Shown here in pieces: positions 1 to 10,730 of a stretch of DNA of 64,000 nt. A program made the position numbers and the translations under genes. The DNA is from an uncultured archaeon (GTDB taxonomy: Archaea; Asgardarchaeota; Lokiarchaeia; Sigyniarchaeales; SOKP01): the NCBI GenBank assembly GCA_964493715.1, contig CAZBPC010000002.1, forward strand, positions 79,470-143,469, in the 5' to 3' direction. Position 1 is the stretch's first letter. Each line of letters begins with the position of its first letter. The notes under the pieces are model-generated. The model made no database searches. It was given only the letters and a program-made list of their open reading frames with translations, and was not told the origin of the DNA.

Positions 1-776
1 GGTTTACTCTTTTTTGATAAGCTCATAACCCCATTTTCAATTTCATATAAAATCCAAGATCCTGTCTTAACTGCAAGACGAGGAATTTCTATAGAATCTT
101 CAGAGGGTATTCCCCATCCTGGGGGACAAGATGCTAACACATGGATATATTTACATCCTTCAATAGATTTCGCTTTCTTAAATTTCTCGAAAAGATCTAA
201 AGGTTCACTGACAGAACAAGTAGCAACATAGGGAATTTCATGTGCTGCCATTATTTGCGGAAGATTTTTTTTGTATTGTTCCTTTCCCAAAGTGGTAGTT
301 GTTGTAATTGCACCATGGGGTGTACTTGATGAACGCTGAATTCCCGTGTTCATATATGCTTCATTATCATAACAACAATATATGATATTTGAATTTCTCT
401 CAGCAGCACCACTTAATCCTTGAATTCCTATATCAGTTGTTCCTCCATCACCTGCAAAAACTAAAGTTGTCATTTTTTCCCACACTTTACCAGGAAACCT
501 ATAAGCTTTTGCTTTAAAGGCTGCAGAAACACCCGTTGCTGCAGCAGCGCCTGCTGCAAATGCCATATTAATAAATGGGAAGTTTGGAGCTGCTTTAGGC
601 CATAATCCTACAACTACATTTAAACAACTTGCAGGTGTGACTAAAGATGTATTTGGTCCAAGAGCTTTCATTGCCCATCTTAAAGCAATTTCAAGTCCAC
701 AACCAGCACAAGTAGAGTTCCCTGGTAGAAAAAATTCCTCTTTATAGTTCTCTAAAGCTTCTTTTATTGAAACCAT
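1..776 (-). CDS. porB: 2-oxoacid:ferredoxin oxidoreductase beta subunit (runs off the window edge)
   Basis: Manual translation from ATG at 776 gives MVSIKEALENYKEEFFLPGNSTCAGCGLEIALR..., with TPP motif FAGDGGTTDIG and YDNEAYMNTGIQRS. Follows the alpha subunit. Confidence 0.9.
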   Translation of the reverse strand, partial: MVSIKEALENYKEEFFLPGNSTCAGCGLEIALRWAMKALGPNTSLVTPASCLNVVVGLWPKAAPNFPFINMAFAAGAAAATGVSAAFKAKAYRFPGKVWEKMTTLVFAGDGGTTDIGIQGLSGAAERNSNIIYCCYDNEAYMNTGIQRSSSTPHGAITTTTTLGKEQYKKNLPQIMAAHEIPYVATCSVSEPLDLFEKFKKAKSIEGCKYIHVLASCPPGWGIPSEDSIEIPRLAVKTGSWILYEIENGVMSLSKKSK

Positions 777-778
777 TT

Positions 779-2035
779 TTATTCTACCTCCAATAAGCCA
801 TCCCAGAAAGTTCCATCAATCATCTCCCTTGGGAGTTCCCCAGTTTCATTCAACTTTATCAACATTTTAAGCTGGTTCTTTTGCTGTTCTAAGCTTACTT
901 CTCTTCCTCCCAAACCCATAATGATTGGCAAAACTTGTGTAGAGACACCTGAATTATATAATGCCGATTTCACTTCACTACTTAAAGGTCCACCAGTAGG
1001 AGAACCAAATGCTGTAGCTCTATCCGCTACCCCAAGAACTTTGACTTTCCTCGCAATATTTATAACATCTTCTACAGGAAAAGGTCTAAAATAACGTAAT
1101 TTAACACAACCCACTTTATATCCTTCTTCTCTTAAATCATCAACTGCTTGTTCCATTTGCATGGCTAATTCTCCATAATTTATTATTGCTACATCAGCAT
1201 CATTCATTCTATACTCTTGAATCAATCCATTCCCGTACTGTCTTCCAAAAGTGGTTCCAAATTCGTCCGTAACTTCTTTTATTTTTTCTTTAGCTAATAG
1301 CATTGTATGGTGAATTTTCAATCTAAACTCATTATAAAAACCAGAAGGCATTATTAAATTTCCATGCATCATTGGTCTTTCTGGATCAAGAAATATATGT
1401 GGCCAACCTCTTTCATCTGGAAGTGGTGGTAAAAATTTATCGACTGCGTCTTGATCTTCTATGGTTACTGGTTTAGATGTGTGAGATAGCGTAAATCCAC
1501 CATATGCGACGAATTTTGGTAATAAAATATCGTAATCTTCACTGATCTTATAAGACATTAAAATATCATCATAAATTTCTTGATGATTTGCTGCAAATGA
1601 AATCATCCATCCAGTATCTCTGCAACTCATTATATCTGTAAAATCTGCCCAAATATTCCAAGGTGGTGCTGGTCCTCGTGAAGCTATTGTTGTTACAATG
1701 GGTAAACGAGCACCTGCGGCCCAATGAACCATCTCATACATATAAAATAATCCTTGTCCCGAAGTAGCTGTGAAAGTGCGAGTTCCTGCAGTACTTGCAC
1801 CAATAATTGAAGCCATCACTGAGTGTTCTGATTCTACTTTAATATATTCTGTTCCAGGCATCTCACCATTATCCACAAACTCGGATAGTTTTTCTACCAC
1901 AGTAGTTTGTGGAGTAATTGGATAAGCACTTATCACTTGAACACGCGCGGACTTTGCAGCGTATGCTGCTGCCACGTTCCCCTTTATTATTTTGGTTTCT
2001 CTTTCTTGCACAAAATCTTCTTGTGTTTCCACCAT
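779..2035 (-). CDS. porA: 2-oxoacid:ferredoxin oxidoreductase alpha subunit
   Basis: GNVAAA, YPITPQT, ESEHS and TATSGQG motifs. ATG at 2035 preferred over GTG at 2047. Confidence 0.92.
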   Translation of the reverse strand: MVETQEDFVQERETKIIKGNVAAAYAAKSARVQVISAYPITPQTTVVEKLSEFVDNGEMPGTEYIKVESEHSVMASIIGASTAGTRTFTATSGQGLFYMYEMVHWAAGARLPIVTTIASRGPAPPWNIWADFTDIMSCRDTGWMISFAANHQEIYDDILMSYKISEDYDILLPKFVAYGGFTLSHTSKPVTIEDQDAVDKFLPPLPDERGWPHIFLDPERPMMHGNLIMPSGFYNEFRLKIHHTMLLAKEKIKEVTDEFGTTFGRQYGNGLIQEYRMNDADVAIINYGELAMQMEQAVDDLREEGYKVGCVKLRYFRPFPVEDVINIARKVKVLGVADRATAFGSPTGGPLSSEVKSALYNSGVSTQVLPIIMGLGGREVSLEQQKNQLKMLIKLNETGELPREMIDGTFWDGLLEVE

Positions 2036-2036
2036 A

Positions 2037-2375
2037 TTAATCTTCACTCTCCCTTACCATTTCTATACTTTTAGTTGGGCATTCTTTAGCACATATTCCA
2101 CATCCCTTACAATATACATAATCGACTTCAAATTCTCCTTCTTCATTTCTGATTATAGTAGCTTCGGGGCAATACATCCAGCAAATCCCACATTTTGTAC
2201 AAGTATCTCTATTAACGACTGGTTTAAACGTTCTCCAATCTCCTGTCGTACCTATACTGCCTTTAATAGGAAATGATATAGGAATTGGAGGTAATTCTTT
2301 CCAGTTATGATATTCTTGTACTTCTGGTCTTTTATCTTTATCTTCACATATATTTTTCCATTTCACTTTGATCAT
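2037..2375 (-). CDS. porD: 2-oxoacid:ferredoxin oxidoreductase delta subunit (2x[4Fe-4S])
   Basis: TGDWRTFKP, CTKCGICWMYCP and YCKGCGICAKECP. Confidence 0.92.
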   Translation of the reverse strand: MIKVKWKNICEDKDKRPEVQEYHNWKELPPIPISFPIKGSIGTTGDWRTFKPVVNRDTCTKCGICWMYCPEATIIRNEEGEFEVDYVYCKGCGICAKECPTKSIEMVRESED

Positions 2376-2950
2376 TCATACTCAACCTCCTTAACACTAT
2401 TGTATGCTTCAATAGCAACATCCATATTTTTCTTGCCTCGACTCTCTCCAAATTCTTTATATATAACTTTTTTCATTGTATCGATGTCATAATAACCCGT
2501 CATTTTACCAAATGCTCCTAACATGGGAATATTTAGTATGGGTCCACTGGAATGCATGAAATTTTGTTTAATACATATACCAGTAGCATCTACTATGAAA
2601 TATTTGACATTTTCAGGAAAATCACAGGTATCAATTGGATTTTTGCTGTTAATAAGTAAAGTAACTCCACTTTTTATAGTGGCCATAATAGCAGGAATAT
2701 CTAATAATGATGTATCAAAAATTATCATATAATCGGGAGTTTTCACGCTATCAAAGGTCTTTATTTGTTTATTCCTCGATAACTTAGAAAATGCTTGAAT
2801 GGGGGCCCCTCTCCGTTCTGCACCTATTATAGGGATTGCTATAGCGTCTTTAAATCCTTTTTCATAGGCAAGTTGTGCTAATAATTGGCTCGCGGTAATT
2901 GCTGTTTGCCCACCGCGACCATGGAAAGTTACCTCTACAATTTTTTCCAT
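2372..2950 (-). CDS. porG: 2-oxoacid:ferredoxin oxidoreductase gamma subunit
   Basis: FHGRGGQ, GAERRGAP and NIPMLGA. Likely start MEKIVE at 2950. Confidence 0.9.
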   Translation of the reverse strand: MEKIVEVTFHGRGGQTAITASQLLAQLAYEKGFKDAIAIPIIGAERRGAPIQAFSKLSRNKQIKTFDSVKTPDYMIIFDTSLLDIPAIMATIKSGVTLLINSKNPIDTCDFPENVKYFIVDATGICIKQNFMHSSGPILNIPMLGAFGKMTGYYDIDTMKKVIYKEFGESRGKKNMDVAIEAYNSVKEVEYE

Positions 2951-3169
2951 ATTCGTATCATTCCTCATATTAATCAACACATTTAGAAGAAAAATAATTA
3001 ACATTCCATTAAAAATTTCTGGAAAAGAATCATAAGTATACGTTTTAATAAGAATAAATCATTTGAAATATCTTAGTTGACAATAAATAGTAAATCTCTT
3101 CATATTTTAAAGAATTATACATGAGATACAATAGAAAAAATCAAGAAATAAACGTTAAAATGTGAGCCA

Positions 3170-3745
3170 ATGTCTGAAAAAGCCAAAGAAATGGAAGAAG
3201 AATTTTCATTCAAATGTCCTATTTGTAATAGTGGAACGATCGAAATAACTAAAACAGTTTATGATATGACTGACGGAGACAAGATGCTAATTGTTAAATT
3301 TGAATGCAATAAATGCACGTTTATAAAAAATGACGTGGTTCCATTAACAACTAGAATTGAACCCGGAATTATATCATTACAGGTGATGAATGAAAATGAT
3401 CTCAAATCTAAAGTTTATCGTTCACCAGTTGGCATATTAGAGATTCCTGAATTAGAAGTGTCAGTGGAACCGGGTCCACGTGCAGACTTTTATTATACAA
3501 ATATAGAAGGAATCTTGGAGCGATTTCAGAAAGCAGTGCAAATTTATCGAAATGATCTTGATGAAAATGAAGAAAAACAAGCAGAAATCGATGAAATATT
3601 AAATAATATTGATAAAGCTATGAAGGGTGATTTTAATTTCACCTTAAAGATAACTGATACGGGTGGAGGTAGCTATATAATTCCTCAAGATGAATCAAAA
3701 TATTCCTTTCAAAAAATAGATCTTCCTTTAACCATGGATGAGTAA
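3170..3745 (+). CDS. ZPR1 zinc-finger family protein
   Basis: CPIC..CNKC, IPELEVSVEPGP, TNIEGILER and DTGGGSYI. Confidence 0.88.
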   Translation: MSEKAKEMEEEFSFKCPICNSGTIEITKTVYDMTDGDKMLIVKFECNKCTFIKNDVVPLTTRIEPGIISLQVMNENDLKSKVYRSPVGILEIPELEVSVEPGPRADFYYTNIEGILERFQKAVQIYRNDLDENEEKQAEIDEILNNIDKAMKGDFNFTLKITDTGGGSYIIPQDESKYSFQKIDLPLTMDE

Positions 3746-3925
3746 AAAAGGAACATCATAATTTATTTGAATAGTTAATACTACTATGAGCTTTATTTTT
3801 CTTAAAAAATAAATTGAGATTTATAAAGATATAAAGATAAAAAATATTGAATAAATTTAATTTAAAATTAAGATGGTGAATTAACAGAGAAGATTTGAAG
3901 GAAATAAAAAAAATAGGAATAGATC

Positions 3926-5140
3926 ATTATAACAGATAAAAGTGAATTTAATTGTTCAGATCCTAATCGATCCAAAAGACAAGAAATTAATCCCGGGTTA
4001 TGTTATTTTGAATATCCTTTAAATAAATCTAGAAAGGATTTTCTTGACAAAGATGTTAATTTTTTAGAGATAATAGAATCAAAACATTATAATAGATGTT
4101 TAACTGACAATATTCAGACTTATCTAAAAAGTCTTGAGGGTGAAATCAGAATTTTATTCGAACCTTTCATAGAATTTAAGAATATGGGTGCACTTTTTGG
4201 GCTTCATAATAATTACATGCCAAATAATAGGATGTATAAAAATTGTAAAAAAATTATAGCTAAAAGTACTTTAGATGAAATGCGAGTTAATTTCAAAAAA
4301 AATATTGAAAATTACACAAAGAAATTTCCACATTTGGTAGAGTTATTATTATTGTTTCATTCTGAAATTTTGAAATTTATTAATGAATATGAGATAATTC
4401 TTCAACCAAAACCTACTCCAGATTATCAAATGTTCAATCACCATCCTAATCTTAAAAGAGATTATTTTGAAATAATTGATACATATGAAAAAGCGTACTG
4501 GCTTGGATTTCTATTTGCTGATGGATGGATAGCAATAGAACATAAAAAATCTGGAGATTATTATCGAATGGGGCTCCAATTATCATATAAAGACAAGGAT
4601 GTGCTTCAGAGGTTTTGTAAAAGTATTGGATTAAATCCTAAATATATAAAAAATCGTCTTGTTGGAAGTGATTTTAGCACAAAATTATATCATATAGGTG
4701 AAATTAGATGGGGAGATCAAAAAATAGCTCAAGATCTTGTAAAATTAGGGATAATATATGGATACAGTGAACAAAAAGGAAGGCGCGTTAAAACCCCTAG
4801 ACTTCCAATACTACAGAACCGAAAACTGATGTTGGCATTTTTATCAGGTTTCTATGATGGTGATGGCACTCTTGGATTTGATAAGAAGACAGGCAAAATT
4901 CGTCCAAGAATTGCCTCTTCTGAAATAGACTTTTTACATCAAATAAAGCAATATTTCGGAATAAAGTATCAAATTTCTACAACAGAAATGGTTAAATTTA
5001 ATATAAGAACAGAGAAAATGGTTAATATAATAGGTAGTAGACTAGATGTTGATAAAGAAATATTTAAAGAAATGTTAAGTATATTTAAGAATAGTCTTGA
5101 AAGAAAGAGAGTTCCAATAGATTTCTTTAATGAAAAATAG
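3926..5140 (+). CDS. Free-standing two-motif LAGLIDADG endonuclease-like protein with N-terminal extension
   Basis: Motifs AYWLGFLFADGW and AFLSGFYDGDGT. The frame is open for 87 codons upstream of ATG 4184, back to TAG at 3920-3922, so the start may be ATT 3926 or ATA 3929 (uncertain). Confidence 0.8.
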   Translation: MITDKSEFNCSDPNRSKRQEINPGLCYFEYPLNKSRKDFLDKDVNFLEIIESKHYNRCLTDNIQTYLKSLEGEIRILFEPFIEFKNMGALFGLHNNYMPNNRMYKNCKKIIAKSTLDEMRVNFKKNIENYTKKFPHLVELLLLFHSEILKFINEYEIILQPKPTPDYQMFNHHPNLKRDYFEIIDTYEKAYWLGFLFADGWIAIEHKKSGDYYRMGLQLSYKDKDVLQRFCKSIGLNPKYIKNRLVGSDFSTKLYHIGEIRWGDQKIAQDLVKLGIIYGYSEQKGRRVKTPRLPILQNRKLMLAFLSGFYDGDGTLGFDKKTGKIRPRIASSEIDFLHQIKQYFGIKYQISTTEMVKFNIRTEKMVNIIGSRLDVDKEIFKEMLSIFKNSLERKRVPIDFFNEK

Positions 5141-5224
5141 CAAGTTTTTTTTATAGATTGCTTTCTTATTAAAATTGTAAGTATTTAGGAGAAAAATTTG
5201 AATAGAATTAAAAAGGTAGATTTA

Positions 5225-6411
5225 ATGGCTAAAAATGTAAAGCGAATAGGAATTTTAACGGGTGGTGGAGTTTCATTTAAGATACATCTTTTTGAACCAC
5301 AGACTGTCCCGGATTAAATTCAGTGATTTATGGGATAATGCTGAAAGCTTACGATGCGGATGTAGAATGCGTAGGAATTCTAAAAGGATGGAAAGGTTTT
5401 GTTGAAAATTTAACGATTCCCTTAAACATTGCAGAACATGACGATCTTCATACCAAGGGAGGGACAATATTGTATACAAGTCGTACTAATCCATTTAAAG
5501 GAGTTGAGGCTAAAGAGGAAAAAGCAAAGCAATTAACTAATCAATTCAATGTGTTAGGTATAGATGCATTAATTGCTATCGGTGGAGATGATACTCTTGG
5601 AGTAGCAGATACCATGTATAAAATTGCTAATGCAAATGTAGTAGGGGTTCCAAAAACGATAGATAATGACTTGAAGGGTACTCATTACACTTTTGGGTTC
5701 TGGAGCGCTGTACAATTAGCTTCTAATGCGATGGATAATCTCACAACAACCGCACGTTCACACCAGCGTGTTTTTGTAGTTGAGATTATGGGAAGAGATG
5801 CTGGTTTTTTAACCATGTATAGTGGAATTTCAGCAGGAGCTGATATAATATTGGTTCCTGAAACCCCCTTTAGTTTAGAAAAAGATATTGTTGACGTACT
5901 CAAAAAAAGAGCTAATGCTGGGTATAAATATCACATCATTGCCACATCTGAAGGAGCTCATCCTCATATCGATTCATTAAATCGAGATTTCAAGACAATT
6001 TCAAAGGAAACAATTGATAAATTACCTAAAGATACATTTGGGAATCCTTTATTAGCAAAGTTAAACATTTCACAAATTATCGTTGATGAATTAAATTTAA
6101 GAGACGATCTAAAAGAAGTATTTCTCCAAAATGACGTCGAATTCGAATGCAGGAGCGTAGTTTTGGGACATACAATGCGAGCTGGAACACCTAATTCGTT
6201 CGATAGAATTTTGGGATTGAGATTTGGATTAGCAGCCATGAATATGGTTTTAGAGTCTAAATTTGGGAACATGGTTTCGCTTCAAGGTAATAAAATTAAA
6301 ACCATGCCGCTTTCGGAAGGGGTAAAAAAGAAATATATTACCTCAGATAGTGATAAAATGGAATTAAGAGATTTACTTGTAAAAGTGCGGTATCTATCGA
6401 AACAAAAATAG
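5225..6411 (+). CDS. pfp: 6-phosphofructokinase, probably PPi-dependent; split gene (exons 5225-5270 and 5303-6411, 384 aa when spliced)
   Basis: Spliced N-terminus MAKNVKRIGILTGGGDCPGLNSVI. GGTILYTSR, GGDDT, PKTIDNDL (Asp/Lys signature of PPi-type enzymes), MGRDAG and LGHTMRAG. Confidence 0.92.
5271..5302 (+). other. 32-nt BHB-type intron in pfk mRNA
   Basis: Central helix GTGG(5265-68)/CCAC(5297-5300), 3-nt bulges AGT and AGA, inner stems TTCA/TGAA and AAGA/TCTT. Removal restores GGA GAC TGT CCC. Confidence 0.85.
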
Positions 6412-6433
6412 AATTTTACGTCATTTTTTATAT

Positions 6434-6517
6434 TTATCCGAACTGCTTTTCTTCTTCCACATCGCTATCAAGAGTATTTTTCTCTAAATATCTGTCAAGC
6501 CCATTTTACGTTAGAAT
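6434..6517 (-). pseudogene. Relic of the 3' end of an acyl-CoA dehydrogenase allele
   Basis: Reads LDRYLEKNTLDSDVEEEKQFG*, compared with [21 protein letters not shown] at the end of ORF 7876..9120. Confidence 0.75.
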
Positions 6518-6620
6518 ACCACTTCCAGAAGGGGTAAAAAAGAAATATATTACCTCGGATAGTGATAAAATGGAATTAAAAGATTTGCTGGTAAAAGTTA
6601 GAGATTCATCTAAAAAATTA
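6516..6620 (+). repeat. Diverged duplicate of the pfk 3' end (copy of about 6304-6411)
   Basis: IPLPEGVKKKYITSDSDKMELKDLLVKVR versus MPLSEGVKKKYITSDSDKMELRDLLVKVR; long exact DNA match gaaggggtaaaaaagaaatatattacctc. Confidence 0.9.
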
Positions 6621-7838
6621 AAATATTAAATCCTTAGGCCTAACATCAGGAGCTTTAAGAAGAATTAACCCTGATATAACCGTTATACAAGCTGCTACTG
6701 CAAAAGGAGTCCATCCTATTATTTCTATTAGTGATCCTCCTCTCATTATTGTAATACTTGATAAATCTACAATATATCCCATAAATATCGGACCAAACAC
6801 AAAACCTATATCTCCAATCGTACGATACACGCCCATATAAATTTCAAGTTTATCCTGAGGCGCAATATCAGTCACATAAGCAGCTATTGGCCCTGAAAGC
6901 CCAATCAAAGCTCCATAAATAAACATAACAAAAGAAATGTAAATCAGATTTGAAGTAAAAGGAATCCAAAGGGTTACTGGTGCAGAAACGACAAGTGATA
7001 ATAAAAGAGGAGTTCGTCGCCCAATTTTGTCTGAAATCAAGCCAATAGGTAACATGGTAATTGTAGTTGCAATAGCCGCTATGGTTAATAATATACCAAT
7101 ATCAAATTCATTTAAACCAAGGTTATTACCCGAAAAAAGTGGTACAAGAGTGTTTCGCACTCCCGTCCGTATAAAGAATAACGAAAAAATTGAGGGAAGA
7201 ACTGGAATGAATGATGGATCTCTTAAACTGAACCTTACTTGATGATAGAGATCTTGAATCTTAATAGGTTCCTTTTCATTCGAATTATTCACTCTTGGCA
7301 ACGTAAGAGTGGGAACGATCCCTATAGCAGATATAATAGCATAAGCAAAAAATGGAGCGTTTATACCATATAAATCTGCAATAAAACCACCAAAACTTGG
7401 CCCAAAAATGGATCCCAATAATAAAAAACCAGAATAAATGCTCATTAAAAAACCTCGTCTTTCTGGGCTAGCAACTAATGCAATAAAAATGGTTGCAATT
7501 GTTACATAAATTGCAGAACCAAAACCTTCAATAAATCGAGCTAAAAGTAAAATCCAATAATATTGAGCTGATCCCGCCAAAATTGAGGATCCCGATATGA
7601 GTATTAATCCCAAAAGCATCAAATTCTTTTTATTATATCTTTGAGATAAGAAACCAGCTGGTAAATCAATGAACATGCGAGCAATTCCAAATGCAGACAC
7701 CACAAGTCCAATAAGCGTATAATTAACATTAAAAGATTCGGCATAAAAAGGTAAAATTGGAGCAATTATGCTTAATCCCAATAATACGAGAAAGGTGACA
7801 ACCGCAAGGTTTAATGTGATTATAAGGTCTCTTTTTAT
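6618..7838 (-). CDS. MFS transporter
   Basis: Many hydrophobic helices and motif GLISDKIGRR. Frame is open upstream of TTG 7781 through the first helix to ATA 7838, behind GGGGAG. Confidence 0.85.
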   Translation of the reverse strand: MKRDLIITLNLAVVTFLVLLGLSIIAPILPFYAESFNVNYTLIGLVVSAFGIARMFIDLPAGFLSQRYNKKNLMLLGLILISGSSILAGSAQYYWILLLARFIEGFGSAIYVTIATIFIALVASPERRGFLMSIYSGFLLLGSIFGPSFGGFIADLYGINAPFFAYAIISAIGIVPTLTLPRVNNSNEKEPIKIQDLYHQVRFSLRDPSFIPVLPSIFSLFFIRTGVRNTLVPLFSGNNLGLNEFDIGILLTIAAIATTITMLPIGLISDKIGRRTPLLLSLVVSAPVTLWIPFTSNLIYISFVMFIYGALIGLSGPIAAYVTDIAPQDKLEIYMGVYRTIGDIGFVFGPIFMGYIVDLSSITIMRGGSLIEIIGWTPFAVAACITVISGLILLKAPDVRPKDLIF

Positions 7839-7875
7839 ATCACATCTCCCCTTGTTATGATTTTAGCATAACTAA

Positions 7876-9120
7876 TTAACCAAAATGTTTTTCTTCTTGA
7901 TGATCTGAATCAATTGCGTCTTTCTCAACATCACGATCAACCCATTTTTCGCTTAGTAATTCTTTATAGTATTCATGTTGTATTATCATGTTCATGATCT
8001 CTGTGGTTCCCGTCCACAATTCACCTATCCTTGAATCGCGTAAAATTTTTTCGATGGGATAGACTGTGGTATAACCAATACCCCCCATGATCTGCATCGC
8101 ATTGTTTATGACTTTCCAACAAGATTTAGTTGAAAATTTTTTCGATTCTGAGACTAACCTTCTTTGTAAAGCAGGTGGTGCTCCTGCATCAATCGTTCTA
8201 GCAGTATTAAGAACAATTGCTCTTGCAGCGTCTAAAAGTGTAATACTATCTGCAACTTTAAAATTTATTGCTTGGAAGTTTTTTATTGTTTGTCCAAAAG
8301 CTTTTCTTTTAGTTGAATATTTGGTAGCAATATGAAGACAAGTTCTTGCTGATCCTAATGAACCCGCTGCCGTTGTGAGACGTTCAGGAACCATCATTTG
8401 ATAAAAAATTCTTCCTCCTTGTCCTTCTCCCATAATGATATTCTCTTTCGGTACTTGAACATTTGTAAATTTGAGTCTTCCAGCACCCCCACCTCTAGTT
8501 CCTAATAAACCATAAATGTACTCCGTTTCTACACCTTCGCTACGATCCACGATAAATAGACTAAGAGATGATCGAGAATCCGATTTCGGATCCAAGTTAG
8601 TTTTAGCATAAACTAAAAAAAAGTCAGCTCCCTCAGCTCCCACAACAAAACGTTTTTCCCCATTCAGGATATAATAATCCCCTTCTTTAACAGCGGTGCA
8701 AGTTGCTCCAAAAAAATCAGATCCTCCTCTTGGTTCTGTTAGAGCTTCTGCAGTATACTTTTTACCCTCACACATTGGCTTCAAGTAATTTAATTTTTGA
8801 CCTTCAGAGCCAAATAAATTCATGGCTTCTCCAGTAATAATAGGAAGAGAATATAAGCATGGTAATGAGCTCCCAAGTACGCCTACTTCTTCAAGAGCAA
8901 CAACTTCACATTCCCAATTTAAGCCTCGACCACCAAATTCCTTGGGAAACCTTAATCCTATAAGATTTTTTTTGCCAAGATTCTGCAGGAATTCAGTTGG
9001 ATAATTGATTTCTTCTTTATCCATTTTTTTAATTAAGGTGTGAGGAACATCGTCTCTTACAAATGAACGTACTTCTTCTTTTATTTTTTTAGCATCTTCA
9101 CTTATTATATAATCAAACAT
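7876..9120 (-). CDS. Acyl-CoA dehydrogenase
   Basis: [32 protein letters not shown] and GTTEI. Confidence 0.93.
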   Translation of the reverse strand: MFDYIISEDAKKIKEEVRSFVRDDVPHTLIKKMDKEEINYPTEFLQNLGKKNLIGLRFPKEFGGRGLNWECEVVALEEVGVLGSSLPCLYSLPIITGEAMNLFGSEGQKLNYLKPMCEGKKYTAEALTEPRGGSDFFGATCTAVKEGDYYILNGEKRFVVGAEGADFFLVYAKTNLDPKSDSRSSLSLFIVDRSEGVETEYIYGLLGTRGGGAGRLKFTNVQVPKENIIMGEGQGGRIFYQMMVPERLTTAAGSLGSARTCLHIATKYSTKRKAFGQTIKNFQAINFKVADSITLLDAARAIVLNTARTIDAGAPPALQRRLVSESKKFSTKSCWKVINNAMQIMGGIGYTTVYPIEKILRDSRIGELWTGTTEIMNMIIQHEYYKELLSEKWVDRDVEKDAIDSDHQEEKHFG

Positions 9121-9342
9121 TCAAGATTCACTTGATTAATTGTATTGTTCTATGATAATATATTCAAGATTATAATTATTTTTTATTATTTATTATATGT
9201 ATCAAAATTAATTCATGAATTCATTCATACTTCACTTAAAGAATCTATTTTAAGTAGAAGTCGTTTTTATTCTAGGGTATAAATATCTGAATATATATAA
9301 CTATATAAAAAAGTCATAAGAAAAATTATAAGTTAACCAATT

Positions 9343-10589
9343 ATGTTTACAAAAATAAAAAAAAATTATAAGAAATACCCAAATCCATTTAAAGTTCTGA
9401 TTCTCGCCACATTCATCGATAGATTTGGAGGTTTTTTATTATTTCCCTTTTTTTCAGTGTCTCTTATAGAACATTTTAAAGTAACAATAATTGAGGTAGG
9501 ATTTTTATTTTCTATATTTGCTGGTGGAAGCATAATTGGTAGTACGATAGGAGGAGCATTAACTGATAAATATGGCCGTCGTTCGATGCTGTTATTAGGT
9601 TTAATTTCAAGTGGAATTGGTAGTATCTTAATGGGTATAGTTAACGATTTATATCTTTTTTTATACTAGCAGCAGTTTTAGGCACATTAGGAGACTTGGG
9701 AGGTCCAGCCCGGCAAGCAATGGTTGTGGATTTACTTCCAGAAGATAGACGAGCAGATGGATTTGGATTATTACGAGTGGCTGTAAATCTCGCAGCAGTA
9801 ATGGGACCAATTCTTGGTGGAATGTTGCTAAATAGTTCATATCTGTTCTTATTTATATTAGACGCAGTATGTCGCTTAATTACTGCCTTAATTGTATTCA
9901 TAGTCATTCCAGAAACAAAACCTGAAAAACCAGAAGGCAAACTGGAAGAATCTGTAATGAAAACTATAGCTGGATATGAGGAGGTCCTTAAAGATGGATT
10001 GTATATATCATTTCTTTCCATTTCTGCTTTGACGGTACTAGTTTACATGCAAATGAGCAGTACGTTATCGGTATTTTTGTGGGACGTGTACGAGTTTCCA
10101 TTAAGCTTGTTTGGTGTGTTGTTGAGTATGAATGCGCTGATGGTGGTATTCTTTCAGTTCTTGATAACTAGAATGACCGCAAAGTATGCACCCATGAAAA
10201 TGATGGCTTTCGGCACACTTCTTTATATGATTGGTTTTGGGATGTATGGTTTTGTCTCCTTACCATACTTGTTTTTCGTGGCTATGGCAATTCTAACAGT
10301 TGGAGAAATGATTGTAATACCCGTATCACAAGCTACAGTAGCTCATTTTGCTTCTGAAGATAAACGAGGGCGATATATGGCAGTGTTTGGTTTTCACTGG
10401 TCGATTCCAACCTTATTTGGAGTCTCAGCTGCTAGTTTTGTCTATATTTCGCTTGGTCCGAATTGGGTATGATATTTAGCTGGAATTTTATGCCTGATTG
10501 CTATCATCGGTTTTTTAATACTCAATGGTATCGCAAAAGATCGTTTTTCGAATCCGACAGAAATTTTGGTTGAAAAATTTAGTGAATAA
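9343..10589 (+). pseudogene. MFS transporter disrupted by a frameshift and a premature stop
   Basis: Frameshift in the T7 run at 9656-9662 and in-frame TGA at 10470-10472 (PNWV*YLAG). Hydrophobic frame continues to TAA at 10589. Confidence 0.75.
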
Positions 10590-10730
10590 CAAATATTCCA
10601 TTGATTTTTTTACTTTTTTTAGAGATTATTAAGGTAATATAGAGATCTATCTTAAAGTATTACGAAGGTATATATTAAAGTGCGTGAAAGTTTAGTTTCA
10701 CGAATTCATTAATGTAAAAAATCTTGAATT

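Noticed and set aside
5270-5302. The pfk insert can be read as GT...CAG, like a spliceosomal intron
   Set aside because: Removing GT..AG takes out 33 nt and does not restore the frame. Only 32-nt removal works, and that matches the BHB cuts.
10470-10472. In-frame TGA as selenocysteine or recoded Trp
   Set aside because: The context suggests Trp in a membrane helix, the gene has a second lesion, no convincing SECIS is visible, and TGA is a normal stop elsewhere in the window.
10683-10702. Hairpin CGTGAAA-gtttag-TTTCACG between convergent genes
   Set aside because: A single 7-bp stem that could be chance or a terminator; not enough evidence to call.
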